A DNA stretch of 64,000 nucleotides from Eimeria praecox. Lineage: Eukaryota. Every line of letters begins with the position of its first letter. Positions within the stretch are counted from its first letter, which is position 1. The notes under the pieces are model-generated. The model searched no databases. It worked only from the letters and a program-made list of their open reading frames with translations, and was not told the DNA's origin. Position numbers and translations under genes: made by a program. The stretch spans positions 4,774,001 to 4,838,000 of the forward strand of contig OY986949.1 in NCBI GenBank assembly GCA_963920595.1, written 5' to 3'. This document shows, one piece after another, positions 1 through 13,375 of this stretch.

Positions 1-2
1 AG

Positions 3-246
3 CAGCGGCCGCAGCAGCTGCAGCAGCAGCAGCAGCAGCAGCTGTCTATACACCCCACACGTTTGATCTATCAGAAGAGACACATATGTGGGGAGGAAGA
101 CACACTCCATTTATCTTTATCTAACTCGAAACCCCGTTGTAATGTCTTCTATAAAGGAGACAATCAATTCAATGTACCTAAAACTGCGGTGTCTCTACAC
201 TTCTACTTTAAACCCCACACAGCAAACGCCACTCTCTTACGCCCAT

Positions 247-310
<64 letters not shown>

Positions 311-311
311 T

Positions 312-343
<32 letters not shown>

Positions 344-754
344 CAGTATTACAGGAGACTCTCTCCACCAATTCCTCCTTAACACTCTCTACGTGCGGCT
401 AGCAAATCTCTGCTTAGCTGAGGTCAGCCTCCTCACCCCACAATGTGTCTCCTTGCTGCTGCTGCTGCTACTGCTACTGCTGCTGCTGCTGCTTCTCATG
501 CTCCTGCTGCTGCTGTTTCTGCTGCTGCTGCGTCAGTGTTCTCGTACTGTCTCCTTTTGTGTGTTTATGTATTTATTTATTTTTCTGTCTCCTCAGACAT
601 TTGATAGCGCAGCTCGAGCAGGCATTCGTGTGTCTCTAAGTGCTGGGGTTGAAGCAACAAGCGTCATCCGTCCGTTTGCTGTGGGGCTGCATGCGTTTGG
701 ATTTACTGCGGGTGTTGCTGCTCTGCTGCCGCAAGTAGCGAAATGCCTAGGCCC

Positions 755-818
<64 letters not shown>

Positions 819-1496
819 GAGGAGGGTATAGGAGGCAGCCTTCCTTCGGATTGTTATTTAGAGGTTTTCTTATCTAAAGCATTTCTAAAACCTGCATATA
901 AAGAATTAGAAGTAGCAGCAGAAGCTGCTGCATCTAACGAGTCCCCAGCAGCACAAGCAGGCGACGCTTTGAGAGAGTTAATTACGTCTCCTTTCTTCTC
1001 TCCTCCACATATCCTCGAAGGTTTGAAAACATTTAAACAATATTATCGTAACAAAACAAAGAAACAAAAAATCAAAACACACACGCATAAGGAGACAGAC
1101 ACACGAAAGGAGACAGACACACGAAAGGAGACAGACACCCGAAAGGAGACAGACACCCGAAAGGAGACAGAGACAGAAATAGAAAAGGAGACAGAAAACG
1201 ATTTCGAAGAGTGGGGGGACAGTCTCTACGAAGATATTCTGCTCTGGGGGCGCAGAGTTTGGGGAGAAGTTCATGTAGAAGGCCTTATACAGGTTAGATA
1301 CTAGCTAGCTAGCTAACAGCTAGCTAGCTAGCTAACAGCTAACTAGCTAGCTAACAGCTAGCTATAGAACCCCTTAGCTAGCTAGCCAACAGGTGCCTTC
1401 AGAGAAGTAGCTAGCTAGCTAGCTGACACAGCTAGCTACGGAAAATCAGATAGCTAGCTGACAGATCGTTACAGAAATGTAACGATCTGTCAGCTA

Positions 1497-1542
<46 letters not shown>

Positions 1543-1957
1543 TTGTTTGTTTATTTTAAATATTTTTGTTTTAGGGAGACATGGAGGAGTCTGCTGCTTC
1601 TTCTTTACTGTCTTCAATTTTGTATGCTCTGCCCATACATCGCGTTGTAGATGCGGATACAGCTGAGGCTGCAGTTGTAGTGTCTCCTTTAAACCAGATG
1701 AAGAGACTGTCTCCTGCGGTAACTCCCTTACTGTCTCTTAAGACCCCGAGTGCCCCTACTAGAAGACTTGAAAGGAGACAGCAGAAGGAGACAGGCGAAG
1801 AAGAAGAGACAGAAGAAGAGGAGACAGAAGAAGAAGAGACAGACAGAAAAACAATACAAAAAAAAATAATAAAACAGACAGAGACACAAAGAGAGACAGA
1901 CACAAGAAGAACAGATGTTATAGCCTTTCAGGCGAACTTCAGTATAGAGACAGTTGT

Positions 1958-1994
<37 letters not shown>

Positions 1995-2165
1995 GAGCAG
2001 CAGCAGCAGCAGGAGCAGCAGCAAGAGCAGCAGCAGCAGGAGCAGCAGCAGCAGCAGCTATTGCTGCAGCAACCCCCGCTGCAACTGCAGCACAATCAAA
2101 TAAATAGAAACCCCACAGATCCTAAGAATCATGTGCTGCTAGTAATTGAGGTGAGAGAGGAGACA

Positions 2166-2255
<90 letters not shown>

Positions 2256-2347
2256 GAGACACTTCATAGAAAAAGGAGACAGACACCGCAGCCCCCAAGG
2301 GACAGACAAACAAGCATACAGCTAACAACAACTCTCCCTAGACACTG

Positions 2348-2391
<44 letters not shown>

Positions 2392-3441
2392 GGAGCGCTA
2401 CCAACAGCAGAAGCAGCAACGTTAACAGAGATAGCAGCAACAGCAACAGCAGCACCATTTCCTTATCAGATCTAGCAGCAGCAGCAGCAGCATCAGCAGC
2501 AGCACCACTAGCAGCACCAACAGCAGCAGCGGCAACACCAGCAGCAGCAGCAACAGCAGCAGCACCACCACCACCAACACCAACAGCAGCAACAGCAGCA
2601 GCAGCACCACCAGCAGCAGCAGCAGCAACAGCATCATCACCACCAGCACCAACAGCAGCACCACTAGCAGCAGCAACAGCCACAGCACCACCACTAGCAG
2701 CAGCAACAGCAGCAGCAGCAACAGCAGCAGGAGCACCACCACCACTAGCAGCAGCAACAGCAGCAGCAGCACCACCACCACTAGCAGCAGCAACCGGCAC
2801 AGCACCACCACTAGCAGCAGCAACAGCAGCAGCAGCACCACCACCACTAGCAGCAGCACCACCACCACTAGCACCACCACCCCGTATGTGTTTGTTTGTG
2901 CTCAGGCAGGCAAGGCCCCTAGCATTAGAGAGAAGAGTTTGTTATACTTGACAACACGGCATCTATCTCAAAAATTTTTTAATAAATTAAGAATAGAAGA
3001 ACAACTAAGCTACAATCCTTCAATGAGGTTACTAGTAATAGAAGATATATATTATTTTATATTATCTCTGTCTTCTTTATATAATCCTTCTTATATAAAA
3101 CAAAGAATGTTTGTATTTCTACAAAAAATAAAACAAATAAAAATAAAACATCATATATATAAATCTATAAAATATGGTGCTGTCTCCTTCTGGCAGAGAG
3201 AGCCTAAGTGTCTCCTCGATAGTTTTATTAGAAATATATCGCAAATTAAAAGAAGAAAATATATATTTGATCTAAATCAACAAATGGTGAGGGAGATCAG
3301 GTGAGATAATAAATAATTAAGGAGACAGCAGAAATATAAATAATTATTTGAAAGAGATACTAGAGACACAGAGAGACACACACACATAAAACATATACAC
3401 ATACAGATATGTGAGGAGACAGACAGCAGAGAGAGACAGAC

Positions 3442-3472
<31 letters not shown>

Positions 3473-3856
3473 CAGAGAGACAGAGACAGGGACAGACAGA
3501 CAGAGAGAGGGAGAGAGGCAGACAGAGAGAGGGGGAGAGGCAGAGACAGTAAATAGGATAGGAGACACTTAGAAGAGACAGAAAAAAGAAGAAGAGACAG
3601 ACAAACAGAGAGAGACAAAATAGCAGGAGACAGATGAGAGATGCAGAGAGAGAGAGAGAGAGTCAGAGAGACAGAGACAGAGACAGAGACAGAGAGTACG
3701 AAGGGACAGAGGAGACAGTTAAAGACAGCTGCAGCAGAACCCTCTCTGCTGCTGCAGGGAATTTCTATGGAGGTCTCCTGTCTGCAGCAGTAGCAGCAGC
3801 AGCAGCAGCACCAGCACCAGCAGCACCAGCACCAGCACCAGCACCAGCAGCAGCAG

Positions 3857-3888
<32 letters not shown>

Positions 3889-4114
3889 TCAGGTCTTTGT
3901 TTTTGTATTTGTCTGTCTTTGCAGGAAGGTAAAGGAGGGAGAAATAGAAAAATACAGAGAAGAGAAGATGTTCTCGAGACCGTCTGTCTCCATTCAGGTG
4001 TATAGTCAGCTACAAGTCCCCAAAGAGGGGCCCCTACAAGCCCAGACACGAGCTGAGCTGCTGCTGCTGCAGCAGCAGCAGCAGCAACAGATGCAGCAAA
4101 AGCATTTGATTTAG
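3..4114 (+). CDS. M16 (insulinase/insulysin, toxolysin-like) metallopeptidase, 3' part; gene starts upstream of the window
   Basis: Phase-consistent GT-AG exons <3-422, 597-1292, 1575-2150, 2906-3300, 3925-4114. IDE-like C-terminal-half motifs: VFYKGDNQFNVPK, LAE/TFDSAARAGI, VHVEGLIQ/GDM, FFNKLRIEEQLSY (cf. FFxLRTxEQLGY) and a C-terminal SVSIQVYSQ. The HxxEH active site is not in the window. Confidence 0.8.
1089..1175 (+). repeat. 18-bp coding tandem repeat (AAGGAGACAGACACACGA-like) encoding KETDTR x4-5
   Basis: Directly visible inside M16 exon 2. Confidence 0.9.
1301..1460. repeat. (TAGC)n self-complementary microsatellite, intronic
   Basis: ctagctagct runs. Similar arrays at ~16704-17086, 57136-57545 and 60290-60455. 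Confidence 0.9.
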
Positions 4115-4440
4115 TAGCTTCAGAAGCAGCAACAGCAGCAGCAGCAGTAGCAGCAGCAGCAGCAGTAGCAGAAGTAGCAGCAGTAGCATCGGGAACAGCT
4201 GCAGCAGCTCAACTGCTGCAGCACCACTAGCAGCAGCAGCAGCATTAGCTGCAGCAGCAGCAGCATTAGCTGCACCAGCAGGTGCAGCAGCAGCAGCAGC
4301 TGCAGCAGCAGCAGCAGCAGCTGCTGCAGAAGCAGCAGCAGCAGCAGCTGCTGCTGCTGCTGCTGCTCTCCGTTTAAATTGTTTAAGAGAATTATTTTCT
4401 CATAGTAACTTTTTTGTCTTTTTCACGAAAAATAATAAAA

Positions 4441-4790
4441 ATAAAATATAAATATAAATATAAATATAAATATAAATATAAATATAAATATAAATATAAA
4501 TATAAATTATAAATATAAATATAAATATAAATATAAATATAAATATAAATATAAATATAAATATAAATATAAATATAAATATAAATATAAATTATAAATA
4601 TAAATATAAATATAAATATAAATATAAATATAAATATAAATATAAATATAAATATAAATATAAATATAAATATAAATATAAATATAAATATAAATATAAA
4701 TATAAATATAAATATAAATATAAATATAAATATAAATATAAATATAAATATAAATATAAATATAAATATAAATATAAATATAAATATATT
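4441..4790. repeat. (TAAATA)n hexamer array
   Basis: About 350 bp of near-perfect TAAATA. A second array lies at ~41105-41270. Confidence 0.95.
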
Positions 4791-5363
4791 TATATATATA
4801 TATTATATATATATATATATACATGTAAGTATACTCTCTCTATTTCTCCTTCTGTCTGTCTCTTCTTTTCGCTATTTCTGTCTCTGTCTCCTCAATATAA
4901 CAAGTCTTTTATTTATTTATTTATTTATAATTAATTAATTAATTAATTATTAGATATAAAAAACAGAAAGATCTACTTCGATATTCTACGCTGAATTTCG
5001 CTAGAAACAACAGAAAAAGATAGAGAGAAAAATATAATAAAATAAACAGAAAGGAGACAGCAAAGGAGACAGATATCTACAAACAATATAAATAATTTAG
5101 ATAAAAAATATAATAAAATAAATAAAGAGACAGATTAAATATATAATAAAATAAATAAGGAAAGAGACAAATAAAAAATATAATAAAATAAACAACAAAG
5201 AGACAGATATATAAACTAAACATAAGCAGAAAAAGAAAGAGAGACACATCAGGAGATATCAGCAAACAGAGAGACATAAAAGGAGGATACAGGCATATAT
5301 AATATTAGTTTAGATATACACTATATATATGTTCATATATATATATATATATATATATAATAT

Positions 5364-5412
<49 letters not shown>

Positions 5413-5474
5413 TAATATAATATATCTATTTTGTATACATATGTATAAATAGGAATATTATATCATGCATGTTG

Positions 5475-5538
<64 letters not shown>

Positions 5539-5680
5539 ATGTATATGTACGCAAGCAAACAACTTTATTTTTTCTAATATCTTCGGTCTTTTCTGTTTTT
5601 TTTTCTTCTTAATTATCTCATCATTTTTATTTAAATATTAAATATACTAAATATATTTTATTACTAACGAAATAGCAGCA

Positions 5681-5716
<36 letters not shown>

Positions 5717-6042
5717 CCACCGGTCTGCTGCAGTCCTCATACAGAGACCGTTGGGGCTGTACAGAATCTCTTTCTGTTTTTTTATTGGATAATATAATTT
5801 AAATAAATATTATTAAATAATTAAATATATTAGAGCATATATAAACAAGCCCTGCCTCCGTACACTGTGCCTCCCTCCTTATTATATATACATACCCCCC
5901 CCCTCCACAGACACTGCAGCAGCAGCTCGTTGCTGTTGCTGCTGCTGCTGTTGCTGCTGCTGCTGTTGCTGCTGCTGTTGCTGCTGCTGTTGCTGTTGTA
6001 TTCCTTTCTCTTTGTCTCTTAAGAGACAGTCAAGATACATTA

Positions 6043-6600
6043 GGGGGCCCCTCTTCTTTGAGGGGGCCCCTCACCTACCCACAGGGGGCCCCCTGAGGCC
6101 CCTCAGCTGTTCACTGTACCCTCAGCAGTTACAGGGGCCCCCAGGGGCCCCCCAGCTTCTAGGGCTACCTTAGGCTCATCAGGGGCCCCCCCTCTCAGGA
6201 CCCTTTAGGACCCTTTAGGGGGCCCCCCCCTATCAGGGCCCCCCCTCTAAGGTCTCTCTCTCTCCCCTCCTCTAGGGGCCCCCCTAAGGGCCTCCTTCAG
6301 GGGCCCCCCTCCAAGGGCCCCCCCCCCCCCCTAAGTGTCTCCCTATCCTTCTCTCAAGACCCCCCCCCATCCCCCTAAGGGCCCCCCGCCCCCTCTAAGG
6401 GCCCCCCCCCTCTAAGGGCCCCCCCCCCTACCCCTCTAAGGCCCCCCCCCTTTTCTAAGGGCCCCCCTGCAAAGAGCCCCCCTCCCTCCAAGGCCCACCA
6501 AGTATCCCCCCCATTAAAGGGGCCTCCAAAGGACCTTCTTAAGATCACAGGGGGCCCCCAAGGGCCCCCTTAGAGGGCCTTTGAAAGGGCCCCCTTAAGA
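6043..6600. repeat. GC-rich low-complexity region of GGGGGCCCCC / CTAAGGGCCCCCC motifs
   Basis: Dense palindromic GGGCCC cores and poly-C runs in an otherwise AT-rich intergenic region upstream of the ATG at 6714. Confidence 0.85.
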
Positions 6601-6610
6601 AAGCTATTAG

Positions 6611-6671
<61 letters not shown>

Positions 6672-6713
6672 ATAAATAAATAAATAATACTATTATTAAT
6701 AATATTAAAGACT

Positions 6714-7813
6714 ATGTCTCTAACAGGTAGATGTGATGGGGGCCCCCCTCAAAGCTTAAGGGGGGCCCTGCTAAACATAGAGAGTCAATATAAGAATACA
6801 ATAAGTCGAGACCTAAGAAGAAGATTAGAGACAGCAGCAGCATTATTAGATAAACAAACAACAAAAGAAACAGTGGAGACACTCAATTCTATGGAGACAC
6901 TCGATTCAGATGTTATGGCAACCCCTGTTCGAGTTATACCAGGTTTGTTTATTTTATTTTTATTTTTATTTTGTTTTGTTTTGTTTTGTTTTGTTTTGTT
7001 TTGTTTTGTTTTGTTTTATTTTGTTTTATTTTATTTTGTTTTATGTTATTTTATGTTATTTTATGTTATTTTATTTTATTTTATTTTATTTTATTTTATT
7101 TTATTTTAGTTTAGTTTAGTTTAGTTTATGTATTTATTATTTTATTATTTTTAATTACAATGTTTATTTTGATATTTATTTAGTTGTTTAGTCAGTTAGT
7201 TTTATTTTAGTTTATTTTTTTTATTTTATTTATTTATTTATTTTTATTTATTTGTTTTTGTTTACTTTTATTTATTTGTTTTATATTTAATTATTTAGTT
7301 ATTTAGTTATTTATGTTTAGTTGTTTAGTTGTTTGTTTGTTTATATCTATTTATTTTTATTTATTTTTATTTACTCTTATTTATTTTTATTTATTTTTAT
7401 TATTTTTTATATTGTTTATTTATTTATTTGTTTGTTTCTTGTATATTTATTTATTGCATTTATTTATTTTAGTATTTAGTTATTTGGTTATTTAGTTATC
7501 TATATTTATTTATTTATATCGTTTATTTATATTTTTTTTATTTTTTTATATTTATGTACAGTTTATATTTATTTATATTTTATATTCATTTATATTCATT
7601 TATATTCATTTATATTTATTTATATTTATTTATATTTATTTATATTTATTTATATTTGTTTATATTTAATTATATTTATTTACATTTAATTATACATATG
7701 TATATTTAAATACATTTGTTTATATTTATTTGTTTATTTATTTGTGTTATTATATCATTTATATTAATTATATAACTAGTGTAGATTGTCTGTCTGTCTG
7801 TCTCTGCCTGCCA

Positions 7814-7881
<68 letters not shown>

Positions 7882-9452
7882 GTGTTTGTTTGTTTCAGAG
7901 GTGTTTGTTGACTGTCTCCTTCAGCTGTTAACAGTCTTAGTCCTTTGTTTATTTGCTGTTGGTGCTGGAGTTGTTGTGGGGTCGATGCTAGGACGTTCGA
8001 CTGTAACGACAGGCATGATTCTGCTGTCTGTCTCCTCTTTTACGGGATCGTCTCCTGTGGGATCGTCTCCTGTGGGATCGTCTCCTGTGGAGTTGATTGT
8101 CCCTCAGTCAAATTCTTCTGTCTCTAACTCTAATTCTAATACAATTGCTGTCTTAAGGGCCCAGTTCACTATCTCAGCTACTATACATAATAAAGGTGAG
8201 CTCGATCGTATACTGTCTCCTTTTTAATTCTCTCTGTCTATCTGTCTCCTTTTTAACTCCCTCTGTCTCTCTGTCTGTCTCTCTGTCTCTCTATCTGTCT
8301 CCTGTCTAACTCGCTCTCTGTCTCTCTGTCTCTCTATCTGTCTCCCTCCTAACTCTCTCTGTCTCTCTGTCTCTCTATCTGTCTCCTCTCAAACACCTTC
8401 TGTCTCGCTGTCTCCTTTCTATCTATTTCTGTCTCTCTGTCTTCTTTCTATCTATTTGTGTCTGTCTGTCTTCTTTCTAGTTATCTCTGTCTCTCTCTGT
8501 CTCCTTTGGGATCCGCTCTGTCTCTCTGTCTCCTTTTCTAACTCTTTCTGTCTCTCTGTCTTCTCTTCGTTCTATCCTCTACGGTGTCTCTGCTTTGATA
8601 GCTGTCTCTGTCTCTGTCTCTCTGTCTCCTCCTCTCGCTCTCTCACTCTCTGTCTCCTTATCTTGCTGGCTCTGACAGCTTCTGTCTCCTCTTTCTTTCG
8701 TCTCTGTCTCCTTCTCCTGTTGTCTCTGTCTCTGCCTCTTTCTCTCCCTCTATCTCTGTAGTCCCCCCAAACTATATTAAACCCTAAGGATATAAACCCT
8801 AACAAAACCCTAAGGATATAAACCCTAATAACAAAACCCTAGTAAAGCATATAGTAGACTGTCTATCTCTCTGTGTCTGTCTCTGTCTCTATGTCTGTCT
8901 CTGTCTCTATGTCTGTCTCTATATCTGTCTCTGTCTCTCTCTATATCTGTCTCTGTCTATATCTGTCTCTGTCTCTGTCTATATCTGTCTCTGTCTCTGT
9001 GTTGTTTGTTACTCTTCAGGGGCGTTTATAGAGTCTCTTGGTCTTGTATTAGAGCTTCTGTATATTCCTTCTGTGGGGTTGCCTCCTGCCTCTTCGTGTT
9101 TTAGTGCTTCTACCCCATTCTCTAATCTGGTGTCTCTACAGCCTACAGAGCAGCAGCCCCCTCCTGCTGCTGCTGCTGCTTTGCTGCAGCGAGGACGTAG
9201 AAACTATTCTCTTATTCAGAGGACGTCGGTAGAACGTTATGAAGATATTGAATGGGGGGGGAAAAAAAACGATCCCATAGGAGACGATCCCACAGCAGGA
9301 GACGACCCCACAACAGGAGGCGATCCCACAGCAGGAGGCGATCCCAAAGGAGACACTTCTACTACTAAAGAAGATATTCTTGATGGATTGCCTCTGGTGC
9401 ATGCAGTGTTGCCTCGATTCGACTCACGCTTCAGGACATTGATAGAATACAA

Positions 9453-9487
<35 letters not shown>

Positions 9488-9906
9488 GCGGAGCTGCTGC
9501 TGCTGGTGCTGCAGTCCCTAGTGTGGGGCCGACGCTGCTAGTATCCAATGCAGTTCCGTTTATAGCAGGTCTTCGTGTAGGTGTCGATATAGCGAGTTTT
9601 TATATAGGGATAAATCTCCCCTTAGAAAGAGGAGACAGTAGATTATTAGAGACACTAGAAACAGATTGTAAAGAGAGACAGCAGCTGTATTTCCAACTGA
9701 GAGCCCCTGTTGCTTCTGCTAGAAGTATGCTGCTGCAGGTAGCTCATCAACCCTACTCTTATCTTATCTTCTCTGTCCCCTGTACTGTTGTTACGTCTCC
9801 TTCTTCTTCTGTGTGGCCCCCCCCTACACCCCAATCGTTTATAGAACAAACTAAATCTTATGATGTTGAGGCTGCTAGCCTATTTATGGAGGGGGGATAT
9901 GCTTAG
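6714..9906 (+). CDS. Hypothetical single-pass membrane protein
   Basis: Phase-consistent GT-AG exons 6714-6942, 7899-8195, 9020-9906. The hydrophobic segment VFVDCLLQLLTVLVLCLFAVGAGVVVGSML is followed by beta-rich sequence (AQFTISATIHNK/GAFIESLGLVLELLY). Confidence 0.7.
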
Positions 9907-9922
9907 AGACCCCACATGCACC

Positions 9923-9954
<32 letters not shown>

Positions 9955-10811
9955 TTGAGGCTGCTGCTGTAGCTGGTAGAGCTGTGGCTGTTCGTGCTGC
10001 TGCTGCTGCTGCTGTTGAAAGGAAAAGGCATCAGCAGTTAGTCCTACTCTATGGTTTGCTGCTGCAGCAGCAGGTTCTGCTGCTGCTGCTGCATGTTGTA
10101 GAGGCTGGCTGCGTGCATGCAGCGATGAGGTGTCTCCGCAGCTGCTGCTGCGCTGCAGCAGCTGCTGCAGCAGCAGCGCTGCAGCAGCAGCGCAGCAGCA
10201 GCAGCGCAGCAGCAGCAGCGCAGCAGCAGCAGCGCAGCAGCAGCAGCGGAGGACAGCAGGGGGAGGTTGAGGGGTTTAGTGTTTTCTTATGTCTTCAAAC
10301 TAATAAACAACAATATTTTTTTATTCTTGTCTCTCTGTCTAATGTTTTCTGTCTCTGTCTCCTGCGGTGTCTCCATATTATATTTGTTTTGTATTATTTT
10401 CTTTTATTTATTTATTTATTTATTTTATTTATTATTTTTATTTTTAAAACACAGAAAAATAAATATTATTTGATACTGTCTCCTTATTGTCTATTACTGT
10501 CTCCTTATTGTCTATTCATGTGTCTCTTATACTCGCTTCGCTGTCTCCTCCTACGCTGTCTCTGTCTCTCTTCTTTCTTCTAGCTGTCTCCTCCTATTCC
10601 TCTCTCTCTCTGTCTCTCTCTCTCATCTGTCTCCTTTGTTTGTTTTTGTACTTGTTTTATTTTATTTGTTTCTGTTTGTCTTATTTTATTTGTTTACCTT
10701 CTTTATTTTTTACTTGTTTATATTATTTATTTTTAATTTGTTTATCTTATTTATTTTTTATTTGTTTATCTTGTTTATTTTTTATTTATCTTATTTATTT
10801 TTTATTTGTTT

Positions 10812-10850
<39 letters not shown>

Positions 10851-11094
10851 CTCCTCCTGTCTGGCTTTGTATTTATCTTCTTCTCCTTCTACTGTCTCCT
10901 GTCTCCCTTTATTTATTTTTATTTATATTTATTTATATTATTTATATTTTGTCTGTCTCCCTCATTTGTTATTCTATTTGTTTTTTCTAATCTATCTATT
11001 TTTTATTTATCTGTCTCCTTCTATTTCTTTCTTTGTGTGTCTCTTCTTATGTGTTCTTCTTCTATGTTTAAGTATATATATTTAGAGACAATTG

Positions 11095-11490
11095 CGCTGT
11101 CTGTCTGCATCTTCTGTCTGTCTCTTCCTCTGTCTGTCTCTTCCTCTGTCTGTCTCCTTTGTCTGTCTGTCTCTGTCTCTTCTGCTGTCTGTCTCTTCCT
11201 CTGTCTGTCTGTCTCTTCTGTCTGTCTCCTTTGTCTGTCTGTCTGTCTCCTTTGATCTGTCTCTCCTCTCTGTCTGTCTCTTCTCTCCGCTATCTCTTCC
11301 TCTGTCTGTCTCTTCCTCTGTCTGTCTGTCTCCTTCTGTTTGTCTCTGTCTCTGTCTGTCTCTTCCTCTGTCTGTCTGTCTCCTTCTGTTCGTCTCTGTC
11401 TCTGTCTGTCTCTTCTTCTGTCTGTCTGTCTCTTCCTCTGTCTGTCTGTCTCTTCTGTCTGTCTGTCTCCTTCTGTTTGTCTCTGTCTCT
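11095..11490. repeat. TGTC/TCTC compound microsatellite (TGTCTC-rich)
   Basis: Degenerate TCTGTCTGTCTC units. Similar tracts at 3360-3700, 8230-9000, 31325-31990, 42090-43670, 45010-45470 and 46585-46845. Confidence 0.9.
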
Positions 11491-11569
11491 AAATGCATTT
11501 AAGCCAGGAGACACTTCATCAACACTTTGAGTGTCTCCTTGTTTGTCTCTCCGTGTCTCTACGCTACTT

Positions 11570-11626
<57 letters not shown>

Positions 11627-11858
11627 ATAGCAGACAACAGCAGTAGCAGCAGCCGGAGTCTGCAGCAGCACCAGCAGACTACAGCAGCACCAGCAGACTA
11701 CAGCAGCAGCAGCAGCAACAGCAGCAGCCTACAGCAGCAGCAGCAGCAGCGTACATCAGCAGCAGCAACAGCAGCCTGCATCATCATCATCATCAGCAGC
11801 AGCAACAACAACAGCAGCAGCAGCAAGCTCAGTATATTTAATGTCTAATAATAAATAT

Positions 11859-12154
11859 TTACGAAGAATGACGAAGGATATTAGTAAGTTGTTTCCTTGT
11901 GTGTTCAAGTGCAGCAGCAGCAGCAGCTTGTATTTGCTGCAGCACGAGATATTGTATAGGCCCTCCTCTTAATTTAAGAAGAGATATACCGTCTCCTTCT
12001 TTCTTGGATATACAAACAAAGCTGTCTCCTCCCTGTCTCTCTTCTTCTGTCGGATCAAATATATATTTATCTTCTCCTACAACACATATTACTAAACATA
12101 CAGGTATATTAGATAACACAACACGACGCCCACGCACTATCACACCCTTCCTGC

Positions 12155-12195
<41 letters not shown>

Positions 12196-12319
12196 CTGTT
12201 GCTGCTGCTGTTGGTGCTGCTGTTGGTGCTGCTGTTGGTGCTGTCGTTATTATCATTGCTGTTGCTGTTATTATTGCTGCTACTGTCGCTGTCCTTGTCG
12301 TTCTCGCTGCTGCTGCCGC

Positions 12320-12378
<59 letters not shown>

Positions 12379-12908
12379 CCGTGTGGGGTGTTTGAAGGGA
12401 GCATCGCCCACCATTTTTTGCTGCTATCAAACCAAACATCAGGGAGCTTAAGACAAGACAGAGCAGCAGCAGCAGCAAGCAGCGGGGCGCGTATGTAGCT
12501 ACCTCCAAATTGAATGCATACAACTCTTACTTCCACATACCAACTATACTCTATCTCTTCTTTGTATACTAATCGTCTCCTCTTCCTCATCCTCCTGCTG
12601 CTGCTGCTGTTGCTGCTGCTGCTGTTGCTGCTGCTGCTGTCGTTGGTGTTGCTGAGAGCCTCCTCTTCCTCCTCCTGCTGTTCCTCCTCCTCCTCCTCCT
12701 CCTCAGCAGCAGCAGCAGCAGCAGGATTATGTGGCTTTCCAGTGAATATAAGTTGCGAGCAATCAAAAACATCAGGATCATTAAATATAGCAGTGAGGTG
12801 TCTAGACACCTCACGAGCGGTCCCCACAGTATCTTCTGTTGAACAGCCACATATTCGCGGCATATCTACTAGAACTACAACCTTACCCCCCCATCTTTCT
12901 CCTCCCTC

Positions 12909-12987
<79 letters not shown>

Positions 12988-13118
12988 AGGGGGGGGAGAG
13001 CAACGGGAGGCCCTAGCTTGCACTCTACAGCAGCCATCCACCAATCTGCTCCTGATCGAACAGAAGCTGATGCATGCGCTGCAGCAAGAGGCGGTGTCTT
13101 TGGGGCTGGATCTGCTGC

Positions 13119-13162
<44 letters not shown>

Positions 13163-13331
13163 TGCTGTTGCTGCTGCTGCTGCTAGAGACATATGTATCT
13201 AACCCTGCTGCTATAATATCAAAGACAGCACACTCTGTTAGGCTCCTTCCGTCTGCACGAACTCGTCTCTGTAGAAAAGAAGAGACAAATGAATGGGGAC
13301 AGACACGACGCAGCAGCTCACACTCACTCAT
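11859..13331 (-). CDS. RRP43: Exosome complex RNase PH-like subunit RRP43/EXOSC8-like
   Basis: Single-exon ORF with PHSFVSSFLQRRVRADGR (cf. P.EY..RFL....RPDGR), SASVRSG, FDCSQL, WYVEVRVVCIQFGGS, AAAAALSCLKLP and NIPVCLVI...YIFDPTEEE. Poly-S insertions fall between these motifs. Confidence 0.85.
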
Positions 13332-13343
13332 TGTTTATGCTGC

Positions 13344-13375
<32 letters not shown>

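Noticed and set aside
9984..10583. 199-aa ORF downstream of the membrane-protein gene
   Set aside because: It is low complexity with a non-ATG start and is probably 3' UTR.
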